In this document: in pieces, positions 39,183 to 48,392 of the stretch
Layout: the number at the start of each line of letters is the position of its first letter
How positions within the stretch are numbered: the stretch's first letter is position 1
Source: Candidatus Ozemobacteraceae bacterium
GTDB lineage: Bacteria > Muiribacteriota > Ozemobacteria > Ozemobacterales > Ozemobacteraceae
Length of the DNA: 64,000 nucleotides
Assembly (NCBI GenBank): GCA_965140445.1
Contig: OZ223236.1
Span: forward strand, 576,001 to 640,000
Reading direction: 5' to 3'
The notes under the pieces: model-generated
The model's input: only the letters and a program-made list of their open reading frames with translations
What the model was told of the DNA's origin: nothing
Databases searched by the model: none
Made by a program: the position numbers and the translations under genes

Positions 39183-42100
39183 TTACTCTTCTCTGGTTGC
39201 GCGTTTTTCGTCTTTTCCAAGGAAGAAACCATAAATTATTGGTATTAAAAACAGGGATATTATGCCTGAAGACAGGATTCCGCCGGCGGATGCTGCCCCA
39301 ACGTCATTTCTTACTTCTGCTCCAATGCCCTGTCCAAAAGCCATTGGCAGCATTCCCAGAACCGCAGCAAAGGTAATCATTAAAACTGGCCTGAGTCTAT
39401 CTCCTGAAGCCTGGATTATGGCCTGTCGCTTTGGCATGTTTTCATGCTGAACGAGATGATTGAAATGATCCAGTATCAAGATTGCATTGTTAACAACGAT
39501 TCCGATCAACATTACCCCACCCATGATAACGAAAATTGAAATTGCGTTGCCGGTCAGATATAGGGCCCAAACCATTCCGATAAGCATTGGTGGAACGGTC
39601 ATGAGAATGAGGGCTGGCTGTAAAAATGACTCCATGATTGCCGAAAGAGTTAAGACAACAAGAATCATTGAGATAATGGCGGCTTCTGCAAGATTTCTCT
39701 GTGCTTCTCCCATCATTTCTGCGCTTCCTGCGGCAACATAGTCGTAGCCTTTGGGAAGCAGGCCATTGTTTAAAAAATCTTCAACTTTAGCCAGTGCTTT
39801 GCCAAGTGGGAAGCCTTTTTCCAGATATGACATGAATTTGGAAATTCTTTGCTTGTCTTTGCGTAAAATCTGAATTGGAGCCATGATTTGCTTTAGATCT
39901 CCGTAGTTGGTTAAAGGAATGTTTTTCCCGTCTTTTCCGCGGAAACTGAACTCTTCAATTTGCTTTATTCCATCTTTTTCGGCGAACTTTACAACTATGT
40001 CATAGTTTCTGTCGCCGGATTTGAAAGTGGCTGCTTTCAAGCCTTCTATGTTTCCTCTTAAGGACGTGCCTAAGCTCACTGCAGGAATTGATGATTCGCT
40101 AAGAACATCTCGTTTTGGACTAATCTGAATCTTCGGTTTTCCTGCTCGAACGGTAGTGTCTGTTGATGTGAAGCCCGGGGTTTCGTCAGCTTTTTCCTGC
40201 AACTTAATGACCGTCTGGTCTAATTTGTCCAGGTCGTCGCCGCGAACTTCGATTTGAACGGGGGAATCGCTTCCTCCCGTAATACCTGGAACGCTTACAG
40301 TGATGATGGCATCGGTAAAGTTTTTAAATTTTTCTTTTGTTAATTGTAAAATTTCTGTAAGGCTAATGTTTCGCTTATCCTTGTCTGAAAGTTTTAGTAG
40401 CAATTCAGCTAGATATACACCTTCGGCAGAGGTGCCGGAGCGGCCTTCTACTTTTCCAACGTTCCCTAAAATTGATTTTAGCTCTGGAGTATCTTTAACC
40501 AGTTCGATGGCTTCGAGTAATCTGGTTTTGGTTTTGTCCAAACTGTAATTGGTTGGAAACTCCAGTTTAATGGCGAGATTGGCCATGTCTGATTCCGGGA
40601 AAAAGCCTCCGCCAACAACTTTGGCCAGGGCTAGTGATTGGAGAAGAAGCATAAATGTAGCTAGAATTATTAATGCTCCTGCTATTTTGTAGTCCTGTGC
40701 AAACTTTAGGATTCCCATATATTTTTGGGTTAAAGCATTCAGACCGATATTGAATTTGGTTTCACACCAGTGGAGGATTCCTGAGGTTGCTGTGTTCTTT
40801 CTTAAGAAAAGAGAGCAAAGCATTGGAGTTACAGTAAAAGAGATAAAAAGAGACACAGCAGTCATGATGAGCATTGTTAAGGCAAGAGGTTTTAGGAACA
40901 GACCAATTGTTCCCCCCATTTGAGCAATAGGAAATAAAACGACTATGTTTGTTCCACTGCTGGCCAGTACTTCGACGGTGCATGCGCTCGTGCCTTCAAT
41001 TGCAGCAGTTTTTGAATCTTTTCCTTCTTCAAGCTTTTTCATGATGGACTCAAGAACTACCAGTGCGTTGGTTACAAGTATTCCGACCGACATGCCTATT
41101 GCAATCAGAGTTGAAAGATTTAATGTGTAATTCATTGCTTTCATGAAAAAGAATCCGATTACAATATTTAATGGCATTGTAACGGCCGCAATCATGAGGG
41201 TTTTTAAATTGTATAAAAACATGAACAAGATTACTGCTGTGAGTAGAACGCCCTGAAAAATGTTTTCCCAGGCACTTTCCGCATTTGCTTCGATAAATCG
41301 GGCATCATCAGAAACCCACTGAAGCTTTATGCCTTTGGGTAGAGAGGTTTCCAGCTTCGCCATGGCTTTTTTCAGTTCTGATACCACTTTTACCGCATTG
41401 GCTTCGCTTCTTTTTACTACTTTTATTGAGATACAGGGTTCACCATTGATGTAGGAAACCTGTCGAAGCTCTTCGGTAGCCATTTTAATGTTGGCAATGT
41501 CTTTTAAATAAATAACTCGCCCGTTATTCTGGTTAACTATTTCAAGGTCTTTAAGATTGTCTATTTTGTTGTATTCGCCGCTGAATTCTACGCTGATCTC
41601 TTTCCCTCGGTCTCTTATTCGGCCCATTGGAATTGTTTTTACGGCAGATTTAACTGCCTGCATGATTTCCAGTGATGATAGACCTCTTGCTGCGAGTTTT
41701 TCGCGGTCTAGAAGTATTTGCACTTCTCGTTTTGCGCCACCTATTAGTTCTGCGTCTGCGATGCCTTCTATTACAGTTAGCTTGTCGCGAAGTTTGTTGT
41801 CTGCATAATCATATAGTTCGTCGAGCCCTACTGATCCGGTTAAGGCAATGTTTGCAATTGGTTTGGCATTAATATCATATTTCAAGACTCTTGGGTCTTC
41901 TGCGTCTTCTGGAAGGTCGGATCGGACAAGGTCGAGCTTTTCACGGACGTCGGTTGCTGCAATGTCTACGTCTACTCCGATTTTAAATTCAAGGAGCGTC
42001 TGACAGACATTTTCCATGCAGGTTGAGGTTATATGTTTGAGACCGTTTAAGGTCATCATTTTATCTTCAATTCGCTTGGCAATATCTGTTTCTATCTGTT

Positions 42101-42269
42101 CTGGACTGGCTCCAGGGTAGACTGTGATAATCGTTACAAACGGAAGATCGATTTGGGGCATTAACTCAAGCCCCATGTTAAAAAATGAATAAATACCAAG
42201 AAGAGTTAAGCCAATGATTAGAGAGGACATGGCAACTGGTCTTTTTACTGATGCTGTGGCTAAAAACAT
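39183..42269 (-). CDS. RND efflux permease (AcrB/AcrD/AcrF family)
   Basis: YPGASPEQIE, GILVTNALVVLE, GIVVNNAILILD, RLRPVLMIT; 1028 aa. Confidence 0.95.
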   Translation of the reverse strand: MFLATASVKRPVAMSSLIIGLTLLGIYSFFNMGLELMPQIDLPFVTIITVYPGASPEQIETDIAKRIEDKMMTLNGLKHITSTCMENVCQTLLEFKIGVDVDIAATDVREKLDLVRSDLPEDAEDPRVLKYDINAKPIANIALTGSVGLDELYDYADNKLRDKLTVIEGIADAELIGGAKREVQILLDREKLAARGLSSLEIMQAVKSAVKTIPMGRIRDRGKEISVEFSGEYNKIDNLKDLEIVNQNNGRVIYLKDIANIKMATEELRQVSYINGEPCISIKVVKRSEANAVKVVSELKKAMAKLETSLPKGIKLQWVSDDARFIEANAESAWENIFQGVLLTAVILFMFLYNLKTLMIAAVTMPLNIVIGFFFMKAMNYTLNLSTLIAIGMSVGILVTNALVVLESIMKKLEEGKDSKTAAIEGTSACTVEVLASSGTNIVVLFPIAQMGGTIGLFLKPLALTMLIMTAVSLFISFTVTPMLCSLFLRKNTATSGILHWCETKFNIGLNALTQKYMGILKFAQDYKIAGALIILATFMLLLQSLALAKVVGGGFFPESDMANLAIKLEFPTNYSLDKTKTRLLEAIELVKDTPELKSILGNVGKVEGRSGTSAEGVYLAELLLKLSDKDKRNISLTEILQLTKEKFKNFTDAIITVSVPGITGGSDSPVQIEVRGDDLDKLDQTVIKLQEKADETPGFTSTDTTVRAGKPKIQISPKRDVLSESSIPAVSLGTSLRGNIEGLKAATFKSGDRNYDIVVKFAEKDGIKQIEEFSFRGKDGKNIPLTNYGDLKQIMAPIQILRKDKQRISKFMSYLEKGFPLGKALAKVEDFLNNGLLPKGYDYVAAGSAEMMGEAQRNLAEAAIISMILVVLTLSAIMESFLQPALILMTVPPMLIGMVWALYLTGNAISIFVIMGGVMLIGIVVNNAILILDHFNHLVQHENMPKRQAIIQASGDRLRPVLMITFAAVLGMLPMAFGQGIGAEVRNDVGAASAGGILSSGIISLFLIPIIYGFFLGKDEKRATREE

Positions 42270-42284
42270 TGTTTTGTCCTTTTT

Positions 42285-43502
42285 TTAATCGATTACAGAA
42301 ACCAGGGCTCCGTCTTTTAACAGGAATTGTCCTTCAGAAATAATTTTTTGCCCTATTGTTAGTGATGAGTTGGGCAGGCTTGTCCAGCCTTGAAAGTCTT
42401 CTCCGCGGCTAACTGGAATTAGTTTGGCCTGGTCTCCTGAAAGAGAGTAGACCGCCCAGCCGTCATTTTTTTGAATCAACGAAGAAGTTGGCACTGCAGC
42501 TGAAGAAGCGCTTTCCAGGAGAATCTGCAGCTGAACCGATTGACCGGGCATTAGTTTTTGTTTTCCAACGCTGATTCTGCATTTGATTTCGAAAATATGA
42601 AGTTTAGGGTCCACTACCGGGCTAATGTAGGTTACTACTATATCTTGGTCGATAGGCTCTCCGTAGAGTGAAGCCTTAACTTTGGTGGAATCTTTTATTA
42701 TTTTTGAACTATATTCGGCGGGCAGATAGGCGCTTATTTCAAGGTCTGTAGTGTTGTCTATCTTGAATATTGGTTTTCCAATTTGTGCAGCTTCACCTAT
42801 TTCCAGTAGTTTTTCGCTTATGTAACCGCTGATAGGGGCTATTGCAATTGAATCGGATAAATCGCGTTCCGCCATTTTCAGGTTGATTATGGCTTGTTTT
42901 GCTTCTTCTTTGCCCAATGCCAGAAATGCCTTTTTGTGATCTAGTTCAGCTTTGGCTGTTAAATATTCAGCTTCTCGTGCGTCAAATGCTTCCTGGGATA
43001 TTGCATGTTTTTGAAATAGTGACTCATATCTTTTGAAGCTTTTGTTTTTTTTGTTAAGGTCAACTTCTGCTTTTTTTAAAAGAGCCTGGCGTTCTTTTTC
43101 AACTGCCAGAACCATTGATAGCTGTTGTTTGGCTATGTTTACCTTTTGCTGGAGTTTAAGGTTTTCAAGTTGGAAGAGAACTGTTTTATCTTTCTCAACA
43201 AAATCCCCTTCGTCCACGAAAAGCTTTTCTATATCTCCTGCTATTTTGGCGGAAACAAAAGCAGTTTGGCGAGTTTCTATCTTGCCAAATACATTTATGG
43301 TTTTGGCGAACTTTTTCTCACTTACTTTTGAGGTTTTTACTGGAATTTTTGCTTTTTCTGTTTTTGGGGGAGCGGTTTGAACGTCTATGTTGGCTTTCTC
43401 TGTTGTTCCATTTGCTTTTGGCATAAAAAAAGCAAATAGTGCTAACCCTATTACTGAACTGACAACCAACCAAATTGTTTTCCCGGATTTGTGTTTTTTC
43501 AT
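42285..43502 (-). CDS. RND periplasmic adaptor (membrane fusion protein)
   Basis: VSAKIAGDIEKLFVDEGD, APISG, ISPVVDP; start moved to the ATG at 43502 (MKKHK) because the longer start overlaps the sigma54 promoter. Confidence 0.92.
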   Translation of the reverse strand: MKKHKSGKTIWLVVSSVIGLALFAFFMPKANGTTEKANIDVQTAPPKTEKAKIPVKTSKVSEKKFAKTINVFGKIETRQTAFVSAKIAGDIEKLFVDEGDFVEKDKTVLFQLENLKLQQKVNIAKQQLSMVLAVEKERQALLKKAEVDLNKKNKSFKRYESLFQKHAISQEAFDAREAEYLTAKAELDHKKAFLALGKEEAKQAIINLKMAERDLSDSIAIAPISGYISEKLLEIGEAAQIGKPIFKIDNTTDLEISAYLPAEYSSKIIKDSTKVKASLYGEPIDQDIVVTYISPVVDPKLHIFEIKCRISVGKQKLMPGQSVQLQILLESASSAAVPTSSLIQKNDGWAVYSLSGDQAKLIPVSRGEDFQGWTSLPNSSLTIGQKIISEGQFLLKDGALVSVID

Positions 43503-43545
43503 TTTGTTTTCCTGCTGTGTTTGTTGAGTGATTACAAATGAATAC

Positions 43546-43562
43546 AGCATTTATTGTGCCAA
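43546..43562 (-). promoter_or_regulatory. sigma54 (-24/-12) promoter of the RND operon
   Basis: Minus strand reads TTGGCACAATAAATGCT (GG-N10-GC); divergent from a sigma54 activator gene. Confidence 0.8.
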
Positions 43563-43621
43563 TGTTTGCTTCTTGCGCAACCTGCTTCAGGTAAGGCCTT
43601 TTGGCTAATTGGGAAGGCAGC

Positions 43622-43679
43622 CTGTTAAAAATAACAGTTTGCGTCTGTCATATTTGATAGAAAGTGTTAAATATGATAG
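43622..43679. promoter_or_regulatory. three related 14-bp palindromic sites, candidate activator enhancer (UAS)
   Basis: TGTTAAAAATAACA (43623), TGTCATATTTGATA (43646), TGTTAAATATGATA (43665). Confidence 0.6.
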
Positions 43680-43699
43680 TTTGGTAATGAGGTGTACTA

Positions 43700-45268
43700 A
43701 TGAGAAATGCTAACAAAGAAGATTTTTTTAGAGAAATTGCTTTGAGAATTCATAGCAGTCTTGATGTTGCGGAAGCAATAAAGGCTGCTTTTAACTATAT
43801 GAAAGATTACATCCCTATGGATATGATGGGGATGTATCTGGCCAACGATTACGGGGAAAACGGAGTTAAGTTTTATTCAGTGGCCAGATATGGAAGACAG
43901 ATTATCCGGGAGCCTAAAAACCCTGTAGACCCTATTTTCTGGCTAACAAAAGAAGAAGCTAAATTGCTTGATGAAACTTCTTGTGTTGTAGATGAGTCTG
44001 GCATAAAGGTTGATAATGAAGGGGATGTGCCAGAGCCCCTTTTGAAGGTTTTCCCCTTTATTGATCGTTATTCTATAGTGGATATGGACATCGGGACTGA
44101 AGAGAATAGAAAGAGCAGTCTTATTATTGCCAAAGAGGGCAAAGGAATTTTCAATAAAAAGCATATTGAGTTGCTGAAGTCTGTTAAAGAGCCATTCTCA
44201 ATAGCTATGAGTAACGCCATTCGTTATCTGGAGTTAATGCAATTAAAAGAAAGCCTCGCTGATGAAAATAAGGCTATGCGGACGGATTTGGGACTGGAAG
44301 CGGGAGAGCAGATTATAGGTGCAGAATTTGGCTTGAGAAGCGTTATGGAGATGGTTCGAACCGTTGCCAGAACCAATAGTCCGGTACTTTTAATGGGGGA
44401 AACCGGGACTGGTAAAGAAATTATTGCTAAAAGCATCCATCAGAACAGTAGTAGAAGTGATCGTCCATTCGTAAGAGTTCAGTGTGGCGCAATGCCTGAA
44501 TCTCTATTAGATAGTGAACTTTTTGGCCATGAAAAAGGTTCTTTTACAGGTGCGATAGGCACAAAAAAAGGAAGATTTGAAAGGGCTAATCTGGGTACTA
44601 TCTTTCTTGATGAGATAGGTGAATTAAGTTTGGAGGCTCAGGTAAAGCTACTTAGAGTTCTTCAGGAAAAAGAATTTGAGAGAGTTGGTGGTCATCAAAC
44701 TATCAAGGCTGATGTAAGAGTTATAGCTGCAACCCATAGAAATTTGCATGAAATGGTTAAGGCCGGAACTTTTCGTGAGGATCTCTGGTTCAGATTAAAC
44801 GTTTTTCCAATTGTTATTCCGCCTTTGCGTGATAGAAAAGGGGATATGCAGGCTTTGATAAATCACTTTATCCTTAAGAAAACCAGAGAGTTGAGTTTGC
44901 CGGTTTCTCAGGGACTGGGGCCTGGGGTGTTAAACAAATTAATGAAGTACAATTGGCCAGGAAATGTCAGAGAATTGCAGAACGTAATTGAACGAGGGTT
45001 GATAATCAGTAATGGAGCAGAGATAAATATTCCATCAAGTTATGTTCCCGAAAATCTGGATATAATTGATTTAGAAGCTGAAAGTGTAGATACTCTGGAT
45101 GAGGTCGTGAAAAAACATATAGTTCTTACTCTTAAAAAGTCCAAAGGAAGGATTGAAGGCCAGGATGGTGCTGCAGAGCTTCTTGGGCTTAATCCAAGCA
45201 CTTTGCGTGGAAAATTACGGAAATACAAAATTCCCTTTGGGACAAATAGTAAGGCTAACTCCAATTAG
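43700..45268 (+). CDS. sigma54-dependent transcriptional activator (FhlA-like GAF + AAA+ + Fis HTH)
   Basis: [53 protein letters not shown]. Confidence 0.95.
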   Translation: MRNANKEDFFREIALRIHSSLDVAEAIKAAFNYMKDYIPMDMMGMYLANDYGENGVKFYSVARYGRQIIREPKNPVDPIFWLTKEEAKLLDETSCVVDESGIKVDNEGDVPEPLLKVFPFIDRYSIVDMDIGTEENRKSSLIIAKEGKGIFNKKHIELLKSVKEPFSIAMSNAIRYLELMQLKESLADENKAMRTDLGLEAGEQIIGAEFGLRSVMEMVRTVARTNSPVLLMGETGTGKEIIAKSIHQNSSRSDRPFVRVQCGAMPESLLDSELFGHEKGSFTGAIGTKKGRFERANLGTIFLDEIGELSLEAQVKLLRVLQEKEFERVGGHQTIKADVRVIAATHRNLHEMVKAGTFREDLWFRLNVFPIVIPPLRDRKGDMQALINHFILKKTRELSLPVSQGLGPGVLNKLMKYNWPGNVRELQNVIERGLIISNGAEINIPSSYVPENLDIIDLEAESVDTLDEVVKKHIVLTLKKSKGRIEGQDGAAELLGLNPSTLRGKLRKYKIPFGTNSKANSN

Positions 45269-45460
45269 TTTTTCTCTTGAAAAAAATTAAAAATTCGTTT
45301 TGAAGCCGGTTATACGTAAATAATAGCGGTTTCTTTCTGATAATGAATGAAACTGGGAAATTCGAATTTCAACAAATTTTTTGTCCAGTAATGAAGAGCA
45401 AGAAGTCAGGTTGATTTTTTTTCTAGACGCAAATTTTTTTAAATCATCGCAAATAGCTTA

Positions 45461-45489
45461 TTGAAAATCATCCTCGACTCTGGTAAATT
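45461..45489 (+). promoter_or_regulatory. sigma70-type promoter of the tRNA
   Basis: TTGAAA-17 nt-TAAATT with an extended TG. Confidence 0.55.
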
Positions 45490-45516
45490 ATCTCAAGTGC
45501 AAAGCACAGAGTTATT

Positions 45517-45589
45517 GCGAGAGTAGCTCAGTTGGTAGAGCATCAGCTTCCCAAGCTGAGGGTCGCGGGTTCGAACCCCGTTTCTCGCT
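45517..45589 (+). tRNA. tRNA-Gly: tRNA-Gly (anticodon CCC), CCA not encoded
   Basis: GCGAGAG/TTCTCGC acceptor stem, D-arm GCTC..GAGC, anticodon arm TCAGC-TTCCCAA-GCTGA, T-loop TTCGAAC. Confidence 0.97.
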
Positions 45590-45735
45590 TTCAAAGAGAC
45601 TTCATTGGATTTTTCGGGTTTCCACCCGGGTAGCACAAACGCCTAATCTTGGCTAGCACCCACCCCGTTAAGTTTGTTTGAGGTCTTTTTACTTTTTAGG
45701 GGGATTTCATTCTTAGCTAGCAAAAAATTAGAATA

Positions 45736-46581
45736 CTACCGGGGTTGATGTTTTATGAATTGACCGGCGTCAATTTCCCTGAAGGCTAAATCAAGTTCTT
45801 CCTGGGTGTTCATGACAATTGGTCCGCCCCAGGCAATTGGTTCTTTTAGTGGCGGCCCTGAAAGAATGATCATGCGAAGTCCTTCTTTTCCAGATTTGAA
45901 TTTGAGCAGCTCACCTTTTTCGAAGAGTAGTGTGGTCTTTGCAATGTGCTCTTTTTGGTCGCTGAAAATTCCGGAACCTTGAAAGTTGTATGAAAAAACG
46001 GTGTTTTCTTCCGGGGTTTCAAGCTCAAATTCCGTTTCCGGGGGGAGATTAACATCCATGAAGAGTGGTTTGACATATTTGCCGCAGAACGCCCCTTTAG
46101 TTCCTTTGTAATCCCCGGATATCAGCTTTATTTCACAGTTTTGATCTTTAATAAGAGGAATCTTATCAGCAGTTATCTCGCCATAAGCAGGATCTTCCAT
46201 TTTGTGTATTGCTGGAATGTTTAGCCAGATCTGAACTCCAAGCATTTTTCTTGGTGGTTTTGGCATCTCTTGATGGATAATTCCGCTTCCTGCTGTCATC
46301 CATTGGCAGTCACCGCAAAAAATTGTTCCCTTATTGCCAATGCTGTCTCCGTGTTCAACCTTACCTTCAATCAGATAGGTGATTGTTTCAATACCTCGAT
46401 GTGGATGCCAGGGAAAACCTTTCTCATAGTCTTTTGGATTATCGTTATCAAATGCGTCCATCATTAGAAAGGGGTCGAAATCTATTACGTTTTTATTGGA
46501 GAAAACCCTTACGAGACGAACTCCCGCGCCATCATGGGTTTCAATGCCTTTTACTATCTGTTTGATTTTCCTTGAATCCAC
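45736..46581 (-). CDS. pirin family protein
   Basis: DGAGVRL, DPFLMMD, GFPWHPHRGIETITY, QWMTAGSGIIHQE, GGPIVMNT; probable GTG start at 46581 after GAGGA. Confidence 0.95.
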   Translation of the reverse strand: MDSRKIKQIVKGIETHDGAGVRLVRVFSNKNVIDFDPFLMMDAFDNDNPKDYEKGFPWHPHRGIETITYLIEGKVEHGDSIGNKGTIFCGDCQWMTAGSGIIHQEMPKPPRKMLGVQIWLNIPAIHKMEDPAYGEITADKIPLIKDQNCEIKLISGDYKGTKGAFCGKYVKPLFMDVNLPPETEFELETPEENTVFSYNFQGSGIFSDQKEHIAKTTLLFEKGELLKFKSGKEGLRMIILSGPPLKEPIAWGGPIVMNTQEELDLAFREIDAGQFIKHQPR

Positions 46582-46647
46582 AATAATTATCCTCTTCTTA
46601 TTTTTATTCCTCAAACTAATTAACTATAATACATCTTTCGCAACTAT

Positions 46648-46692
46648 AAAAAAATCCCCGCAAAATCCAACAGGAGTTTACGGGGATTTTTT
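46648..46692 (-). terminator. intrinsic terminator (possibly bidirectional)
   Basis: AAAAAATCCCCG...CGGGGATTTTTT immediately downstream of 46703-47395. Confidence 0.75.
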
Positions 46693-46702
46693 ATTTTTGA
46701 AC

Positions 46703-47395
46703 TCAGTTGAAGTATTCCATCTTAACTTCGGTTTTTAGATTTTTTTTCTGGCCAAAGAAATTTAGGTTCATTATGAGCATTACATGTTTTGTATAAAGGT
46801 ATTTGCCGTCATAAGAGAAAGTAATAAATGAATCAGGAGAGCCTTTCATGAATGCGCTGTTGTTGTGGCGTCTAATTTGATAAGGAGCGCCGGTGGCTTC
46901 ATCGAGATAAGTTAATCCATTTACTGTTTCTGGTTTTTTTCTATGGGTTTTTTTGTAGGAAAATGAGTATTCCTGGCATTTTTTGCCTTCGAATTCTTTG
47001 GTTTTTCCGGTGCTTTTATAAGTTACATTTTGCTGTTTATCAGCATAGAATATTTCATCAAGGCCATTATAATCTTTTTTCTTGTCTGGTTTCTTTTGAT
47101 CAACTGGAAACCATTTAGTTTTTGCTTCTTCAGGAATGGGTGCTTCAACCCCGTTTTTAGCAACTTTTATAACTTTTCTAAATTGATTACCGTTTTCAAC
47201 CTTGTATTCTTCCCAGACTTCGTTCTTATTTGATTGGCCCCCAGGAATGCTGCTTTCAAGCAACAAATATGCTTTTTTCAAAACTGGCTTGTTTGAAAGG
47301 TGTTTGCCATAAACTTGAATTGCTTTTTCCCAAAGTGGGTCGGCGTTAGCTGTAACTGAAATTAGAATCATTAGTAGTAGAAATAAACGTTTCAC
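46703..47395 (-). CDS. secreted hypothetical protein
   Basis: Signal peptide ending in ANA; GAGG before the GTG start. Confidence 0.8.
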   Translation of the reverse strand: MKRLFLLLMILISVTANADPLWEKAIQVYGKHLSNKPVLKKAYLLLESSIPGGQSNKNEVWEEYKVENGNQFRKVIKVAKNGVEAPIPEEAKTKWFPVDQKKPDKKKDYNGLDEIFYADKQQNVTYKSTGKTKEFEGKKCQEYSFSYKKTHRKKPETVNGLTYLDEATGAPYQIRRHNNSAFMKGSPDSFITFSYDGKYLYTKHVMLIMNLNFFGQKKNLKTEVKMEYFN

Positions 47396-47506
47396 GATAG
47401 CCTCACAATTATTGTTTTTAGGGGCTGAAGCTCCTAATGAGCAGTTACTTTAGAAGCTTTTACAGAGCCGGTCAATAAAAATTATGGAGACTTTGAAAAA
47501 ATATTT

Positions 47507-47689
47507 TATCCGCTGGTACGTACCTCAGATTTTTTATGTTGTTCATTGTTAATCTTTGTTCATTAATGCTCGTTAAAGCCTGAAAAATAAAGGTTAACAA
47601 AACATCATCTTCGGTCGAAAAAGTTTATGGATTTGTTTGCCTCCTTATTTTTCAGTCCGGGTCATTTCATGAACCCGGATTTTTTTTTT
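47507..47689 (+). ncRNA. putative structured sRNA locus, copy 1 (upstream phased repeats, long hairpin, terminator)
   Basis: 97 bp (47571-47667) identical to 54902-54998; stem CTGAAAAATAA/TTATTTTTCAG; terminator CCGGGTCAT..ATGAACCCGG + T-tract. Confidence 0.6.
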
Positions 47690-47693
47690 GCTA

Positions 47694-47838
47694 CAGGAGG
47701 TAGCAACCTAAGCGAAGGCCACGATGGCCGAGAGTCTGGTGCCTCAGGAGGTAGCAACCTAAGCGAAGGCCACGATGGCCGAGAGTCTGGTGCCTCAGGA
47801 GGTAGCAACCTAAGCGAAGGCCACGATGGCCGAGAGTC
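47694..47838. repeat. 51-bp tandem repeat (2.8 copies) containing short hairpins
   Basis: CAGGAGGTAGCAACCTAAGCGAAGGCCACGATGGCCGAGAGTCTGGTGCCT at 47694, 47745 and 47796 (partial). Confidence 0.95.
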
Positions 47839-48129
47839 GTGTCAAAAGCCCCTATTACCTTCTAGCCTTTCATCACTAAATTAATGTTACTTCAGGTATG
47901 TAGCAACCCAGCGCGCCGCTCCCAATCCTCCATGATTTCCGCGGCATATAGAACATCCTGTTCAAAAGCGCACGATGCGCGAGAGTCGTGTCAAAAGCCC
48001 CTATTACCTTCTAGCCTTTCATCACTAAATTAATGTTACTTCAGGTATGTAGTAACCTAAGCGCGCCGCTCCCAATCCTCCTGATTTCCGCGGCATATAG
48101 AACATCCTGTTCAAAAGCCCACGATGGCC
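47832..48129. repeat. 149-bp tandem repeat (2 copies), an expanded variant of the 51-bp unit
   Basis: Near-identical units 47832-47980 and 47981-48129; a degenerate 51-bp-like unit follows to ~48170. Confidence 0.92.
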
Positions 48130-48392
48130 GAGAGTCTGGAGCTACTGGAGTAGCAACACATATGGCCGAGTTAATTTGCTTTTATTTGATTTTGCCTGAG
48201 ATTTGAATTAGAACCCATGCGTTCTTTATTAAACCTGATTTATTTTGTTTTCTTTTTAATGTTGTATCGTATAGTTATTGAGAAAAAATTTAGGGAGTTT
48301 TCTATAGCTTTCTCAAGAAAATTTTGAAACAGGATAAAGCAGAGGCATTATCTTTTCTGACTTTATCTATTTTATAAAATAGGGGATATAAA

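Noticed and set aside
45560..45589. attL/attR duplicate of the tRNA 3' end
   Set aside because: No second copy found by eye within the window.
47514..47530. sigma54 promoter at TGGTACG in the duplicated element
   Set aside because: A -24-like half is present, but neither copy has GC at -12.
47580..47655. Integron attC site or known riboswitch
   Set aside because: No proper RYYYAAC...GTTRRRY boxes at the hairpin ends and no integrase; I could not match it to c-di-GMP, SAM, TPP or T-box consensus motifs; the downstream genes of the two copies are unrelated.
47627..47884. 85-aa ORF with GGSNLSEGHDGRES repeats
   Set aside because: It is the translation of the 51-bp repeat (a multiple of 3), runs through a terminator T-tract and has no RBS.
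47694..48170. CRISPR array
   Set aside because: The units are tandem and identical with no unique spacers, and there are no cas genes in the window.
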